A DNA stretch of 64,000 bases from a virus (lineage: Duplodnaviria; Heunggongvirae; Uroviricota; Caudoviricetes), in IMG/VR virus record IMGVR_UViG_3300037524_001291. One strand, given 5' to 3'. The stretch's first letter is position 1. Every line of letters begins with the position of its first letter. Made by a program: the position numbers and the translations under genes. Below the pieces are notes generated by a model. It searched no databases. It saw only the letters and a program-made list of their open reading frames with translations, and was not told the origin of the DNA. Below are positions 9,453 to 19,397 of this stretch, piece after piece.

Positions 9453-10154
9453 TTATACTCTAGGAACTTCTACTCTATGTTTAATAGTCAATTGATCATT
9501 AGTTGCTTCAATTGTAAATTGAGTATAAGTCTCCAAAGATAGGGCACTTCCTCCAGAAGCTACTTTATAGAGTGCTGATTTTGTAAAAGTTTGTGGTAAA
9601 GTAATATCAACATCCGATCCTGTAATTACTGTAGTAATCTCAAGAGTTTGTGGATAAGCTGTACCTGCTAAAGTATTAGTAGAATTAGCGGCATCTGGAA
9701 CACCTGTAGCGTTTGTAGTACCATCAATAGCAATATTCAGAGTAATATCATTAGCTAATTTCAATTTACTAGTTAATACAATATCTGCCGAAGATCCAGT
9801 AACAGTAAAACCATCTAAGATATCAGACACTAGATTTAAAGCAACCCGAATTTTTCCAGCAACATCAGAAGCTGTGTCTCCATTGGTTACTCCTACATTA
9901 ACAATTTTGGGACTATTTCGTACAGCCGTACCTGTTACAGTTACAATGACATCTGCATTTGCTGTAGCTCCACCAGTTACAGTAGCCGTTTCAATTTGAG
10001 CTACTCCAGAAGCGTGAGTCCAACTAACTCTAGGGTCTGATTCAGCTATACGTACTATAGCTTCATTCAATTCATCTCTTAGTTCGTGGTAATTCCATGT
10101 TGCCACTATATGATCACGTAAATCATGATATCCACCTATTGTAATTTCAGCCAT
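9453..10154 (-). CDS. Hypothetical T/S/G-rich (structural?) protein, 233 aa
   Basis: The ORF has somewhat higher GC than its neighbours. Its composition is Thr/Gly/Val-rich and beta-strand-like. Confidence 0.45.
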   Translation of the reverse strand: MAEITIGGYHDLRDHIVATWNYHELRDELNEAIVRIAESDPRVSWTHASGVAQIETATVTGGATANADVIVTVTGTAVRNSPKIVNVGVTNGDTASDVAGKIRVALNLVSDILDGFTVTGSSADIVLTSKLKLANDITLNIAIDGTTNATGVPDAANSTNTLAGTAYPQTLEITTVITGSDVDITLPQTFTKSALYKVASGGSALSLETYTQFTIEATNDQLTIKHRVEVPRV

Positions 10155-10215
10155 ATCTAAAACCTCCCATAGTAAATTTCTCTTGTTATTTTTATATATA
10201 AAACTAAAAATAATT

Positions 10216-10518
10216 TTAAAGTTCTTTTTTTAATTTAAAGAGAACTTCCAAAGAAACCTCAGACTCTGAAGATTCTATAATTTTTATATTAAAATTACTA
10301 AACCCCTGATCTAGAAAAAAAGAATTCATAAGTTTAAAAGCTTGATTTTCTTCCACATCTGTATAGGTAAAAACTACAGTAGTAAGTATTCTGTTTTTAG
10401 ACTGTGTTACAGATACTTTAGGATTTTTATCTATATTCATAAATTTTAAGTTTTTTAAATTTGAAAAGATTTCTCTAGAATTATAAAAATAAATTTCTGA
10501 CCCTTTCATAATAATCAC
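10216..10518 (-). CDS. Hypothetical protein, 100 aa
   Basis: The ORF is preceded on the minus strand by a hairpin terminator at 10537-10567. Confidence 0.4.
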   Translation of the reverse strand: MIIMKGSEIYFYNSREIFSNLKNLKFMNIDKNPKVSVTQSKNRILTTVVFTYTDVEENQAFKLMNSFFLDQGFSNFNIKIIESSESEVSLEVLFKLKKEL

Positions 10519-10536
10519 CTCTTAAAAAGATATATA

Positions 10537-10567
10537 AAAAACTTCTCTTTTTACTAAGAGAAGTTTT
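10537..10567 (-). terminator. Rho-independent terminator hairpin after gene 10588-11004
   Basis: 'aaaacttctcttttt actaagagaagtttt' forms a 10-bp stem. A U-run follows on the minus strand. Confidence 0.55.
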
Positions 10568-10587
10568 AAAAGAAATAACATGTGTAT

Positions 10588-11004
10588 CTAAGAGAAGTAT
10601 TTATCTAATATATATGTTTCAAAGTTTTCCCACCCATAAAAGCCCCCAACATTAGCATCATCTAAATACTCATGAGCAAAAACCTTTCTTACAGTAGATT
10701 TATTTTTAGGGAGTTCTGTATCTTTATGCCACATCTCTTCTATATAGGGTACATTCTCATTGAAATACTTTATAGGTAGATTAAAAAACTGACAGGTTTC
10801 TCTAGCTTCTTGAAGTTCTTTTCCAGTTCTACAAGTCCATAGTACAAAAATACATCCTAAACCAGCTAACCTAGCTAGTACATCTACACACTCGTCTCTT
10901 ATCTCACCTATATTAGGGTAAATGTTTTTTTTTGTTATAGTACCATCGAAGTCTACTGCTATTATCACATTATCCATTAGAATTATCCCTATGCCTTTCT
11001 TCAT
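10588..11004 (-). CDS. HAD-superfamily phosphatase-like protein
   Basis: HAD motif I 'IIAVDFDGTIT' is followed by a Thr/Ser-containing motif ('WTCRTG') and a late 'DD' ('EYLDDANV'). The fold is consistent with a nucleotidase or polynucleotide phosphatase. Confidence 0.45.
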   Translation of the reverse strand: MKKGIGIILMDNVIIAVDFDGTITKKNIYPNIGEIRDECVDVLARLAGLGCIFVLWTCRTGKELQEARETCQFFNLPIKYFNENVPYIEEMWHKDTELPKNKSTVRKVFAHEYLDDANVGGFYGWENFETYILDKYFS

Positions 11005-12316
11005 ACATATTGTATTGTTCTTGGGTTATATGTCCTCTTTTAAATAAATCTTTATAATGTCTAAACATCCAAACAGCTTCAAACTTTTCTTCTTTTCTAT
11101 CTCTAATAATAGGTGTTCCATCCTCATTTTTTCCTGAAGAGCCTGGAGTTACTCTAAGCAAATATCTATCACACTTATAAAGATAAAATCCTTTTTTAGC
11201 AGCAATAATTTTCGTCAGCTCTTTCAAATCAAGTCCAGCTTTAGTTATCTCAGGAAGTTTTTCAAAAATATTTATAATAAAGACTCCACCTTCCTTCAAA
11301 GCATCAATAGCATTGAAGATAGTAGGTTTATAAAAATCACGTATCCAAATTTCATATTGAGGGTATTTATGACAAGATTGAGTATCTTCTTGGCAATACA
11401 CTTCAGTATTAAAATATTGAGGTGAGCTAAAACTAAGATCAAAGTATCCTTTATACTGAGGATATTTTTGTAAAAACTCTTCTGATCCACAAAGGTATGT
11501 GGTCATACTCTTTTTTTCATCTTTATATATCTTTTTAAGGTGTTCTTGTAATTTGTGAGTTCTTTCTACAGTCTCAGTATTAACATCTACACTAACATAT
11601 TCTGTTACATTATCTGAAAAATAAGCTCCCAAACATCGTGCTCCATAACCACTAGCGTAATCATATACTTTAGCATTTTCTTTAGGTGCGTGAGCTTCGT
11701 ATAGGGCTTTTGCACAAGCTGGTCTAAAATTAACACAGTATCCAAGTCCAGTTAATCTAAGCCATTTAATAAGACCTATGATGTTATCATCATATGTTAG
11801 GGTTTTCCTTATAGCTCTTTTTAGTTTTTTATCTGTAAAGAATCCATCTCTAATAGATAGAGGTGCATTTTTCTTAGTCACATGCCAAATATTAGGAAAG
11901 AACCCATATAAGAAGTCAACTCCAGCGTTATTGAGTAAATAATCTTTACCATCCCAACCAGCACTATATCCACTACCATTAGCTTTAATATGTGCTAATG
12001 GGGTAAGCATAAGATGAGCCAAAGTACCAGCTTGTTCTGAAGTAAGACCATCCTCTACAGAGACTAGCATACGAGGAAGTTCATTAACTTCTCTAAGCAC
12101 AGTAAAAACTTCTTCTTCTATTTCTTTTTTTCTCTCCTCAGTAGCAGTTTTATATTCGATAAAAAGGTAGGGTTTTATTTTATCAGAATATTGATTTATG
12201 ATCTGAAAAGGACTCCTACGTATATTAGAAAAGAGAGTTTCTGAATCTCTCAAACCAGTTTCACCAAACCTCACACGCTCATACTCACTTAAATTATCCT
12301 TTAAATTATCACTCAT
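10970..12316 (-). CDS. Putative SAM-dependent (DNA) methyltransferase
   Basis: A motif I-like 'VYDYASGYGARCLG' is followed by the motif IV-like 'DLSFSSPQYF' ((D/N/S)PP(Y/F)-like). The order I then IV suggests an amino-methyltransferase. The target is unknown. Confidence 0.4.
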   Translation of the reverse strand: MSDNLKDNLSEYERVRFGETGLRDSETLFSNIRRSPFQIINQYSDKIKPYLFIEYKTATEERKKEIEEEVFTVLREVNELPRMLVSVEDGLTSEQAGTLAHLMLTPLAHIKANGSGYSAGWDGKDYLLNNAGVDFLYGFFPNIWHVTKKNAPLSIRDGFFTDKKLKRAIRKTLTYDDNIIGLIKWLRLTGLGYCVNFRPACAKALYEAHAPKENAKVYDYASGYGARCLGAYFSDNVTEYVSVDVNTETVERTHKLQEHLKKIYKDEKKSMTTYLCGSEEFLQKYPQYKGYFDLSFSSPQYFNTEVYCQEDTQSCHKYPQYEIWIRDFYKPTIFNAIDALKEGGVFIINIFEKLPEITKAGLDLKELTKIIAAKKGFYLYKCDRYLLRVTPGSSGKNEDGTPIIRDRKEEKFEAVWMFRHYKDLFKRGHITQEQYNMYEERHRDNSNG

Positions 12317-12331
12317 TTGACAGCTCCATTA

Positions 12332-12688
12332 TTATATATTTTCTATATTAGAATTCCATACAATACCAGTAGCATCACAGACCTTACAAGGTTCTGTAAC
12401 CTGAGAAGAACTCCAAGTAAGACTAGTACTTGTAAAAAATCCAGCTGGTACTATTGTTCTACCCCCACATACAGGACATTTATGAGGTAATGTGGTAGAA
12501 ACAGAAGGTACTTTAATCTCACTAGGTAATTCATTATCACTTATTTTCTCTTCTTCCCAATCTATACTAGGAGTGTTATTTACAGGTTTACAGTGAGAAA
12601 CAAAATTCCCATTATTTTTTCTTTTTTCTTCCTGGCAAATAAATCTATGACAATAGGGTGTTCTTATATCAGGAGTACAATAGCACAT
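12332..12688 (-). CDS. Cys-rich zinc-ribbon protein, 118 aa
   Basis: The CxxC pairs are 'CPVCGG...CKVCDATG'. Confidence 0.4.
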   Translation of the reverse strand: MCYCTPDIRTPYCHRFICQEEKRKNNGNFVSHCKPVNNTPSIDWEEEKISDNELPSEIKVPSVSTTLPHKCPVCGGRTIVPAGFFTSTSLTWSSSQVTEPCKVCDATGIVWNSNIENI

Positions 12689-12690
12689 GT

Positions 12691-13374
12691 TTATTCCACC
12701 TTTCCATAATCCTTATTTCTAAACCAGTATATAGAGGGTGCGAATAAATCCTCAGCTATACCTCCATCATCATCGGTATCATCATACATATCCATATCTT
12801 CAGTAACATTATCATTATAAGAGCATTTTTTAAATACTTTAATACCATCGGGTACAATCCTCAGATTACCATCAATACAATAAGATTTTATAATAGCTGG
12901 TTGTTCTCTCCAATATATTTTTCTATTGATTATATCTTTTTCATAATACCTTTGATTAAACTCAATAGGGTGTTCTTGTATAGTGAAAAGAAGTTGTCTA
13001 GCTTTTGTTAGGGCAAAGTCTGAGTTATTGGCTCCGAAAGTATAAAAAGACTCATCATTTCGGGTAATAATAGCTCTATAGTTATGTCTCATCTCGGTGT
13101 CATACTTAGTTTTGAGATAGTTATTACTTTGTAGAAGTATACCCCAACAACAAGGCTCACCTGAGAATTCTACTAGATTATCATAGGTTGGAATTTCATT
13201 GTGAGGACAAGCCCAATAATTATTCTCTCCCCATCTACCTCCAATAGAATGATAGAAGTCCTCTATTGAGTATACATCATAAGAAATTCCTTTACAGTAA
13301 GTATCCCATCCAACTTTTCTAAGTTTAAGGTTGGTAAAGTCTGTATCTTTTTTTAATGTTTTAATTTGTCTCAT
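12691..13374 (-). CDS. Hypothetical protein, 227 aa
   Basis: A promoter-like motif lies 60-100 nt upstream (13425-13472). Confidence 0.4.
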   Translation of the reverse strand: MRQIKTLKKDTDFTNLKLRKVGWDTYCKGISYDVYSIEDFYHSIGGRWGENNYWACPHNEIPTYDNLVEFSGEPCCWGILLQSNNYLKTKYDTEMRHNYRAIITRNDESFYTFGANNSDFALTKARQLLFTIQEHPIEFNQRYYEKDIINRKIYWREQPAIIKSYCIDGNLRIVPDGIKVFKKCSYNDNVTEDMDMYDDTDDDGGIAEDLFAPSIYWFRNKDYGKVE

Positions 13375-13424
13375 AAAAACTCCTTCTTTAAAATGTTTAG
13401 GGTGGTATTAAAAATACCCTCTAG

Positions 13425-13472
13425 TAAGTATATACGTAAAAAACACAAAAAAATTTTCTTTATAAAAAATAA
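13425..13472 (-). promoter_or_regulatory. Promoter-like motif instance 1: 'TTTTTTACGTATATACTT' on the minus strand
   Basis: 60-100 nt upstream of gene 12691-13374. It is preceded on the minus strand by the hairpin 'aaacctgatac cactcaggttt' (13469-13492). Confidence 0.45.
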
Positions 13473-13576
13473 ACCTGAGTGGTATCAGGTTTATTAAAAA
13501 TTTACATATCTTTTCCAATTACTCTTATCTAGAAGAAATTATAAGAAAGGAGGTGTTACACTAAATATATCACAAA

Positions 13577-14629
13577 TTAGATTTTTAGAAAATTAAATTT
13601 ACCATATCCCATTACTTTCTTTTTACCATCTTCAGGGTCTATTCTCTTATTCGCATTCAATTCACTCTCAACTTCTGTAAAGCTTTTATAAGTACTAGGT
13701 TCATTAGGATTTGCTTCTTCTGCTCCTAAAACAGTAACTATATCTTCCATCAGTTGAGGAGGTATTTCAAACTTACTTCCTGACTTAGTGAGTTTAAAAA
13801 CAGAATTCTTAAAAAGTTTTTCTTTGGCTTCTTTAGAGAGTTCGGTAGTATCAGCAATGCTAGAGAAGAGTATCCAAGCTTCATCATAATCTTTTGCATC
13901 AGAAGATTGTAAGAAGTCTAGTAAGACTTTATTTACTTGATTATGGATTTCGTGAAACAGTCTTTCTCCAACAACTCTACTTCTTAATAAGTTTCTCATC
14001 ATAGCAACTTGTCTATTGGTTACTACCCATACAAGTGAGGTTCTATATCCAAGTTTTTTAGTTGTTGTGGCTATATTCATAAGTTTTGTAGAACTTTTCC
14101 CAGTTATATCAAAAATTACATTATCTAACCTACTCTTTTGGTATTGTGATTTCAATAAATTAGAAGTAGCTTTATCATCAAGACCTAATTCTGTTCCTAT
14201 GATAGCGTGTAAATCTGAAACGTCATCAGAATTTTTAAAGTCATATACCCTACCACCAGTATGCTGAGCTATTTTAGTATTCCCATCCTTAGCAGATACC
14301 TTAGCAAATAGGGTTTTCATTGCGTCAACATCCAATATCTTAGCGTCCAACAATATCTGTTTTTGTATAGCAGTACCTTTACCAGAGCCAGCCCCACCAG
14401 CCATGACCAAACACCACCCACTATCAGGAAATGTTTTCCCTCCAAAAGTAACAGCCTTAGCTTCATCAAGAGTAATAAGACCTTTATCAATAGCTTGTTG
14501 AGTTAACCACATATGTTCAAATTCTATACTTTCATTAAGTATATCTCCAAGCATATCATCTGAAAAAGTATTATCTAACATTCTATTAAAATCTAAACTC
14601 TTTAATATCCTATCTCTATTCGTTTTCAT
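13577..14629 (-). CDS. P-loop kinase-like protein (zeta-toxin / polynucleotide-kinase-like fold)
   Basis: The Walker A motif is 'AGGAGSGKGTAIQK'. The Walker B-like motif is 'VIFDITG'. Confidence 0.35.
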   Translation of the reverse strand: MKTNRDRILKSLDFNRMLDNTFSDDMLGDILNESIEFEHMWLTQQAIDKGLITLDEAKAVTFGGKTFPDSGWCLVMAGGAGSGKGTAIQKQILLDAKILDVDAMKTLFAKVSAKDGNTKIAQHTGGRVYDFKNSDDVSDLHAIIGTELGLDDKATSNLLKSQYQKSRLDNVIFDITGKSSTKLMNIATTTKKLGYRTSLVWVVTNRQVAMMRNLLRSRVVGERLFHEIHNQVNKVLLDFLQSSDAKDYDEAWILFSSIADTTELSKEAKEKLFKNSVFKLTKSGSKFEIPPQLMEDIVTVLGAEEANPNEPSTYKSFTEVESELNANKRIDPEDGKKKVMGYGKFNFLKI

Positions 14630-14761
14630 AAGTTATACCTCCATCATCAAAATACACTCTTATATATAAAACAAAAAATATTCTCATATATATATACTAA
14701 GTATACCATAACATAGATAAAATATCAAGATAGTACCATAGTTATGTTGTGATATAAAAAT

Positions 14762-14791
14762 AGTAGGATAGATTTATGTGTCTATCCTACT
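14762..14791 (-). terminator. Rho-independent terminator after gene 14816-16048
   Basis: 'agtaggatag atttatgtgt ctatcctact' forms a 10-bp stem. The minus strand continues 'tttttatatc'. Confidence 0.55.
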
Positions 14792-14815
14792 ATTTAAGAA
14801 CTTAAATAATTTATC

Positions 14816-16048
14816 TTATTCTCGCTCATTATAAATAACGGACTTATAGTTCCCATTTACTAAAGATATTCCGTTAGGGGATAAACAGATATTAACTGTA
14901 GGGAATTTTGAAAAGACATTTACAACAGTTCGTAAAAGACCAGCTGGTATACTTACTGATTTTTCTAAAGGTGTGGCATTAGGGTTAGGTTTTCCTTCTA
15001 GAAGAAAGATTGTATCATCTCTTTTTGTTCTAACTACACAAGAAATATCACCATCTTCAGTATAATTAAAGTCTATTTTTGTTGTTGAGTAGGATAGTCC
15101 ATAGCTAAACTCCACCATCTTTTTAAGGTTTAGATGTTTTACTTCAACAGACTCACCCTCAAGAAGTGTATCCATAAGACTGAGTAGAGATTTTTGAGGT
15201 TCATAAATAGACAGATCGTAACTAAAAGATGAGTTTCCAAAGATAAACTGCATTCTCCCTTTAGATTTTTTTATAACAACCTCATTAGGGTTTATTCTGA
15301 GAGCGAGAAGATAAATAATTTTTAATTCTCTTAAAGGTATTTCTATTTCAGGTAGGTCATAAGAACAATCATATCGTACTATACTGTATTGACTTTGTGT
15401 AATAAGTTTTCTATCACTAAGAAACATCCTTCTTTGATTACTACTTACAGCAGAAGATACTACTCCATAGAGATTTTTTGCAACATCTCTAAATTCAATA
15501 GTAGGTAAAGTTCCTAAATCTGAGTATTTAGGAACTTTATCCAATAAGTTTTCTTTAGGAAATTGTACAGTTTCTAGAATTACTGTAGCTCCAATAACTT
15601 TTGCAAAATACTTACCATCTTTTTTAAATATTGTCATACTAGAATCACAAGTTTGAAGTATCTTAGAAATAATAGGTAGTATAACAACTATATAATCGGT
15701 GAGCATTTCCCCAGATGTTGTTACATTAATATCAGTTAGAATACACCTATTATAATCTGTTAAGTAGACCTTTAGCCTCCCATCTACAACTTCAAGACCG
15801 ATAGCTTTAGCAAGAACATCAGCACCAGAAGTCTCAGAAATAAGAGTTGAGAGTTTCAAAACCTCTACAAAATCTTTAACAGAAACTCTAAAATGAGGTT
15901 CTTCTATCACAGTTTCATTCTCAGTAGGAGGCAAATCATTAGAACTAAGAAAATCCCCCCCTAATAAGGTATCTAGGTCTATATCACCAGTAACATCCTC
16001 TACCTTAATATTATCGTAATTTACATCATTTGAAAATTTCTCACTCAT
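14816..16048 (-). CDS. DNA polymerase sliding clamp (DnaN/beta-clamp-like) with an ~60-aa N-terminal extension
   Basis: The residue pattern is 'FRVSVKDFVEVLKLSTLI...ILTDINVTTSGE...ATVILETVQFPKENLLDKVP', which resembles the beta clamp's 'RLxDGxFPDYxxVIP' signature. The length (about 350 aa after the extension) fits. Confidence 0.45.
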   Translation of the reverse strand: MSEKFSNDVNYDNIKVEDVTGDIDLDTLLGGDFLSSNDLPPTENETVIEEPHFRVSVKDFVEVLKLSTLISETSGADVLAKAIGLEVVDGRLKVYLTDYNRCILTDINVTTSGEMLTDYIVVILPIISKILQTCDSSMTIFKKDGKYFAKVIGATVILETVQFPKENLLDKVPKYSDLGTLPTIEFRDVAKNLYGVVSSAVSSNQRRMFLSDRKLITQSQYSIVRYDCSYDLPEIEIPLRELKIIYLLALRINPNEVVIKKSKGRMQFIFGNSSFSYDLSIYEPQKSLLSLMDTLLEGESVEVKHLNLKKMVEFSYGLSYSTTKIDFNYTEDGDISCVVRTKRDDTIFLLEGKPNPNATPLEKSVSIPAGLLRTVVNVFSKFPTVNICLSPNGISLVNGNYKSVIYNERE

Positions 16049-16078
16049 GGTTAAGTCTCCTTTTTAATTTTAAATTTT

Positions 16079-17083
16079 TTAAACAAATATACCTGCTTCT
16101 TGAAAGTAATTAAATAAAATCTGACGTATTTCAGGAGTTAGATTTTCATCTTTTTTAATTTTTTCTACTATTCTATCTCCCTCTGAGTCATCTTCTAGTC
16201 CTACAATTCTCTGAGCCAAACTACTTAGTATATCTTGTATTCCTCCCAGAGAATTCATATCTTTTTTAGTTATAACAGAATTACTGGCTATTTCCTCAAA
16301 AGGTTTAGCTTTTATTATAACTTTTTCAAAGTTTGTCACACTATACTCAGAAGGATTCTTAAGAATATAGAAAACTGGTATTCTTTGAAAATTATAATCA
16401 TGTGCAGTAGCTCTCATAACAGATCCAGGACGTATTATATCAGTCTTACCTACACGCATAATAGGGTATTCTGTATGATCATGTCCTAATACAATACAAT
16501 CATATCCCCAATTTATAAGGTCTTTTTCCTCTATATTATGAACACCAGCTCCAAACAACTCACTAGCTTTATAAAACATATGTGCTAAAAGTAAGTTATA
16601 CTTTGCTCTAGGGTCAGCAGGTAAAGGGGGTTCTGTGTAATTTACAGAAGTTATCAGAAGTTTTTTATTTACAACAATTCGATTCTTGAGATTTAGTTCT
16701 GTAAGGGCATTGAAAGTAAAGAGAGTAGATATAGGGCTTCTTTCTATTCTATCTAGATTATTCCTTACAATATCATGGTTCCCTAAAATGGTAAAAGTTT
16801 GTATTTCAGCTCTTTTAAATCTCATAAATGCGTTCCCAATAACATTAACACATTCATGAGGTACAGATATTCTTGAAAATATATCTCCTGTGAATAGTAG
16901 AGCTTTTACTTTCTTTTCTATACAACTTTCATAAATACTGTTTAATTTTCCTACTACAGTATCCAAATAATCATCTATACGTGATTCAGGTCCACAAGAA
17001 TCAGCATGTAAATCTCCACAAAATCCTAAACATTCTTCATCATCAAGTCTTAGTTCTATTACATTAATTTTATTCTGGCTCAT
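16079..17083 (-). CDS. sbcD: SbcD/Mre11-family nuclease
   Basis: The calcineurin-like phosphoesterase motifs are 'GDLHAD', 'GDIFSR', 'GNHD', and 'GHDHTE'. Confidence 0.8.
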   Translation of the reverse strand: MSQNKINVIELRLDDEECLGFCGDLHADSCGPESRIDDYLDTVVGKLNSIYESCIEKKVKALLFTGDIFSRISVPHECVNVIGNAFMRFKRAEIQTFTILGNHDIVRNNLDRIERSPISTLFTFNALTELNLKNRIVVNKKLLITSVNYTEPPLPADPRAKYNLLLAHMFYKASELFGAGVHNIEEKDLINWGYDCIVLGHDHTEYPIMRVGKTDIIRPGSVMRATAHDYNFQRIPVFYILKNPSEYSVTNFEKVIIKAKPFEEIASNSVITKKDMNSLGGIQDILSSLAQRIVGLEDDSEGDRIVEKIKKDENLTPEIRQILFNYFQEAGIFV

Positions 17084-17753
17084 CTGACACCTCCGAACCC
17101 AAAACTACAGGTATTACTCCAGCAGTGTTATTCCTATTCTTTTTTAGAATAGTTTTACCCCCAATAACCTCATAGGTTTTATCGGCATAACTCATCATTC
17201 TAGGGTCATGGGTTATAAGAAGAATTTTCAAATGATTTTTAGATGCCATCTCTTCTATAAGTCCCATAAAATAGGGTATATATTGAGTACTTAGCTGACT
17301 AAACCCTTCATCAATAAACATAATGGGTTCTGCTTTATAATGAAAGATAAAAAATATTTGAGATACAGCTCCTACTACAGTTTTGATACCTCCACCACAA
17401 TATTTAATATCAGGGCTGATTTTATTTCCTTCCAAATCGGTAGATAGTAAATGTATTGTAGTATTATCTTCATTACTTCTTATATCTATAGAGTATTCTT
17501 CATCATAGAAAATTGTTTTAACAGCGTGATCTAGAATATCTCTATATCTTTTAATGAACTTGCTAGATTCCTCTTTAATTAGGGTTTCTAGGTATAGATG
17601 AGCGTTAGCTGTTGAATTAAGTATATTCCCAAGTAGAGTGACCTCATTCTTAGATTTTATAATTTTAGCTATATTATCATCTAGATCTTTTTGCATATTA
17701 TCTAAAGTAGCCTTATGAGATAGAGCCTGATTAAATATTTTAGTAAATTCCAA
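17070..17753 (-). CDS. sbcC: SbcC/Rad50 C-terminal ATPase segment (signature, Walker B, H-loop)
   Basis: Walker B is 'IMFIDEGFSQLS' and the H-loop is 'LLITHD'. The ORF has its own RBS 'agggaggaa' with a TTG start. Confidence 0.65.
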   Translation of the reverse strand: MEFTKIFNQALSHKATLDNMQKDLDDNIAKIIKSKNEVTLLGNILNSTANAHLYLETLIKEESSKFIKRYRDILDHAVKTIFYDEEYSIDIRSNEDNTTIHLLSTDLEGNKISPDIKYCGGGIKTVVGAVSQIFFIFHYKAEPIMFIDEGFSQLSTQYIPYFMGLIEEMASKNHLKILLITHDPRMMSYADKTYEVIGGKTILKKNRNNTAGVIPVVLGSEVSDEPE

Positions 17754-17765
17754 AAAAATTCCTCC

Positions 17766-18038
17766 CTAACTATCCTTGTCTAAATTAAGATATCCATCCA
17801 GCTCAACTAACATTTTTTCTTTTTTCTCTTCGAGCAATTTATTTTGCTCTTTGTAATAAGTGAAAGCTTCTTCTACTGTTGTTTTCCCAGTAATCTCAAG
17901 TAATTTAGTTCCAAGCTCTTTTAAGTCTGCGTCTATTGTTTTAATCTCTGACTCTAAGCCTATCTTAGAGTTATTTAATTTAGTTACATTATCCTGTAAT
18001 ATAGCAAACTTTTCTTTAATTTCATCAATACTTCCCAT
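17766..18038 (-). CDS. SbcC/Rad50 coiled-coil segment, a separately translated piece
   Basis: The ORF is 90 aa of heptad-like sequence with its own RBS 'gaggtgag' and ATG. It lies between the N-terminal and C-terminal ATPase pieces. Confidence 0.5.
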   Translation of the reverse strand: MGSIDEIKEKFAILQDNVTKLNNSKIGLESEIKTIDADLKELGTKLLEITGKTTVEEAFTYYKEQNKLLEEKKEKMLVELDGYLNLDKDS

Positions 18039-18049
18039 AAGTACTCACC

Positions 18050-19381
18050 TCAATTATTTTTTATTAGGGTATTTTCGCAGTAAGGGCAAACACCTATTTC
18101 GCTCTTAAAATCCTCAAATTCCTTTGTAGTTTTAGAACATATATCTGTTAGGGTTGTAAGTTCTTGTTCTTTTTTAAGTAGAGTACTTTTAATTTTATCA
18201 TATCTAGATACTATATCTCTTATATCTTTTGTCTGAACCTCAAGAATATCTATAGCATCTATATCCTTTTTAGATTGTTTCAAATCTACTTTTATCATTT
18301 GAGAATTTAGAATATTTAGTGAATCTTTTACTATTTTCTTTTTATTCTTTTTATCCTTAATACTAGAGATTAGATTAGATATATTACTTACTAAAGTATC
18401 TAATTTCTCTATTTCACTTATAAGAACAGAACTCTCTTTTAAATTCTCTGAACTTTTAAGAATATCCTCCTCATACCCATGTTTTTTAATCTTAGCTTTA
18501 TTTCGAGCCTTACTTTTATCTTCAATTCTCTTGCTAATCTCATCTATAATAGTGAGGTGGTTATCTGTCTTTATAATACTATCGTATAATTTTTTTATTT
18601 TAGAGAAATTAAATTTACCCAACTCACTATTTACAATATCCAATGTTTTTGTTCTTACATGGATTTTAGCTGTTAGGGAGTTGTATCTTTCTATAAGCTC
18701 CTCTATTTTATTAAATATACTGACCTCATTATTTGTAACTACTATCTCTTTATATAACTCGTTAAATCCCTTATTTCTATCTAAAATATCCATCTTCTCA
18801 TTATTTATAGTTTTAAGTACATCTATATTAGCATTTAATTGAGATATTCTAGCTTTTTGTTCTTTTATATCACTTTCCATTTTCTTTACTACTTTAATAT
18901 ACTTATCGCATGAAGATTGGGATAAAAACTCAAAGAGCTGTCCTGAGGTTTTATCAGTGAGAAAAGGGGGATGTCCTTGATACCAAAAATTAATTTTTTC
19001 TTTTACATTATTAGAAAGTCTAACATCAGTAATATTGAATAGCTTACATATTTCATCTAACTGAGTTCTTCCAACTTTAGTAATAGCGTTACCCTCATTA
19101 ATTTGATATAATGTCTTTTCATTTTTTCCATGACTATCTCTTCTCCACATAAATTTATCTTTTCCATTATCTATAAGTACCCCAGCATATCTTTTTCCTG
19201 TTTTAACTAAATCGTCATTTCCTTTATTGAAGATAGCATCATCAATAGCACGAAGTATAGCACTTTTTCCTATATTTGTTTTACCAATGATAACATTTAA
19301 GCCATCTTCAATATCAAGTTCAGCTTTAATAATGGATTGATAGTCTTTTACTTGTATTTTAAAACTACTAATCGTTCTCAC
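18050..19381 (-). CDS. sbcC: SbcC/Rad50 N-terminal ATPase, coiled coil, and zinc hook
   Basis: The N-terminal P-loop is 'VIIGKTNIGKSAILRAI'. A long coiled coil follows. The C-terminal 'CPYCEN' is a zinc-hook-like CxxC. Confidence 0.7.
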   Translation of the reverse strand: MRTISSFKIQVKDYQSIIKAELDIEDGLNVIIGKTNIGKSAILRAIDDAIFNKGNDDLVKTGKRYAGVLIDNGKDKFMWRRDSHGKNEKTLYQINEGNAITKVGRTQLDEICKLFNITDVRLSNNVKEKINFWYQGHPPFLTDKTSGQLFEFLSQSSCDKYIKVVKKMESDIKEQKARISQLNANIDVLKTINNEKMDILDRNKGFNELYKEIVVTNNEVSIFNKIEELIERYNSLTAKIHVRTKTLDIVNSELGKFNFSKIKKLYDSIIKTDNHLTIIDEISKRIEDKSKARNKAKIKKHGYEEDILKSSENLKESSVLISEIEKLDTLVSNISNLISSIKDKKNKKKIVKDSLNILNSQMIKVDLKQSKKDIDAIDILEVQTKDIRDIVSRYDKIKSTLLKKEQELTTLTDICSKTTKEFEDFKSEIGVCPYCENTLIKNN

Positions 19382-19397
19382 CCCCTTAAAATAGACT

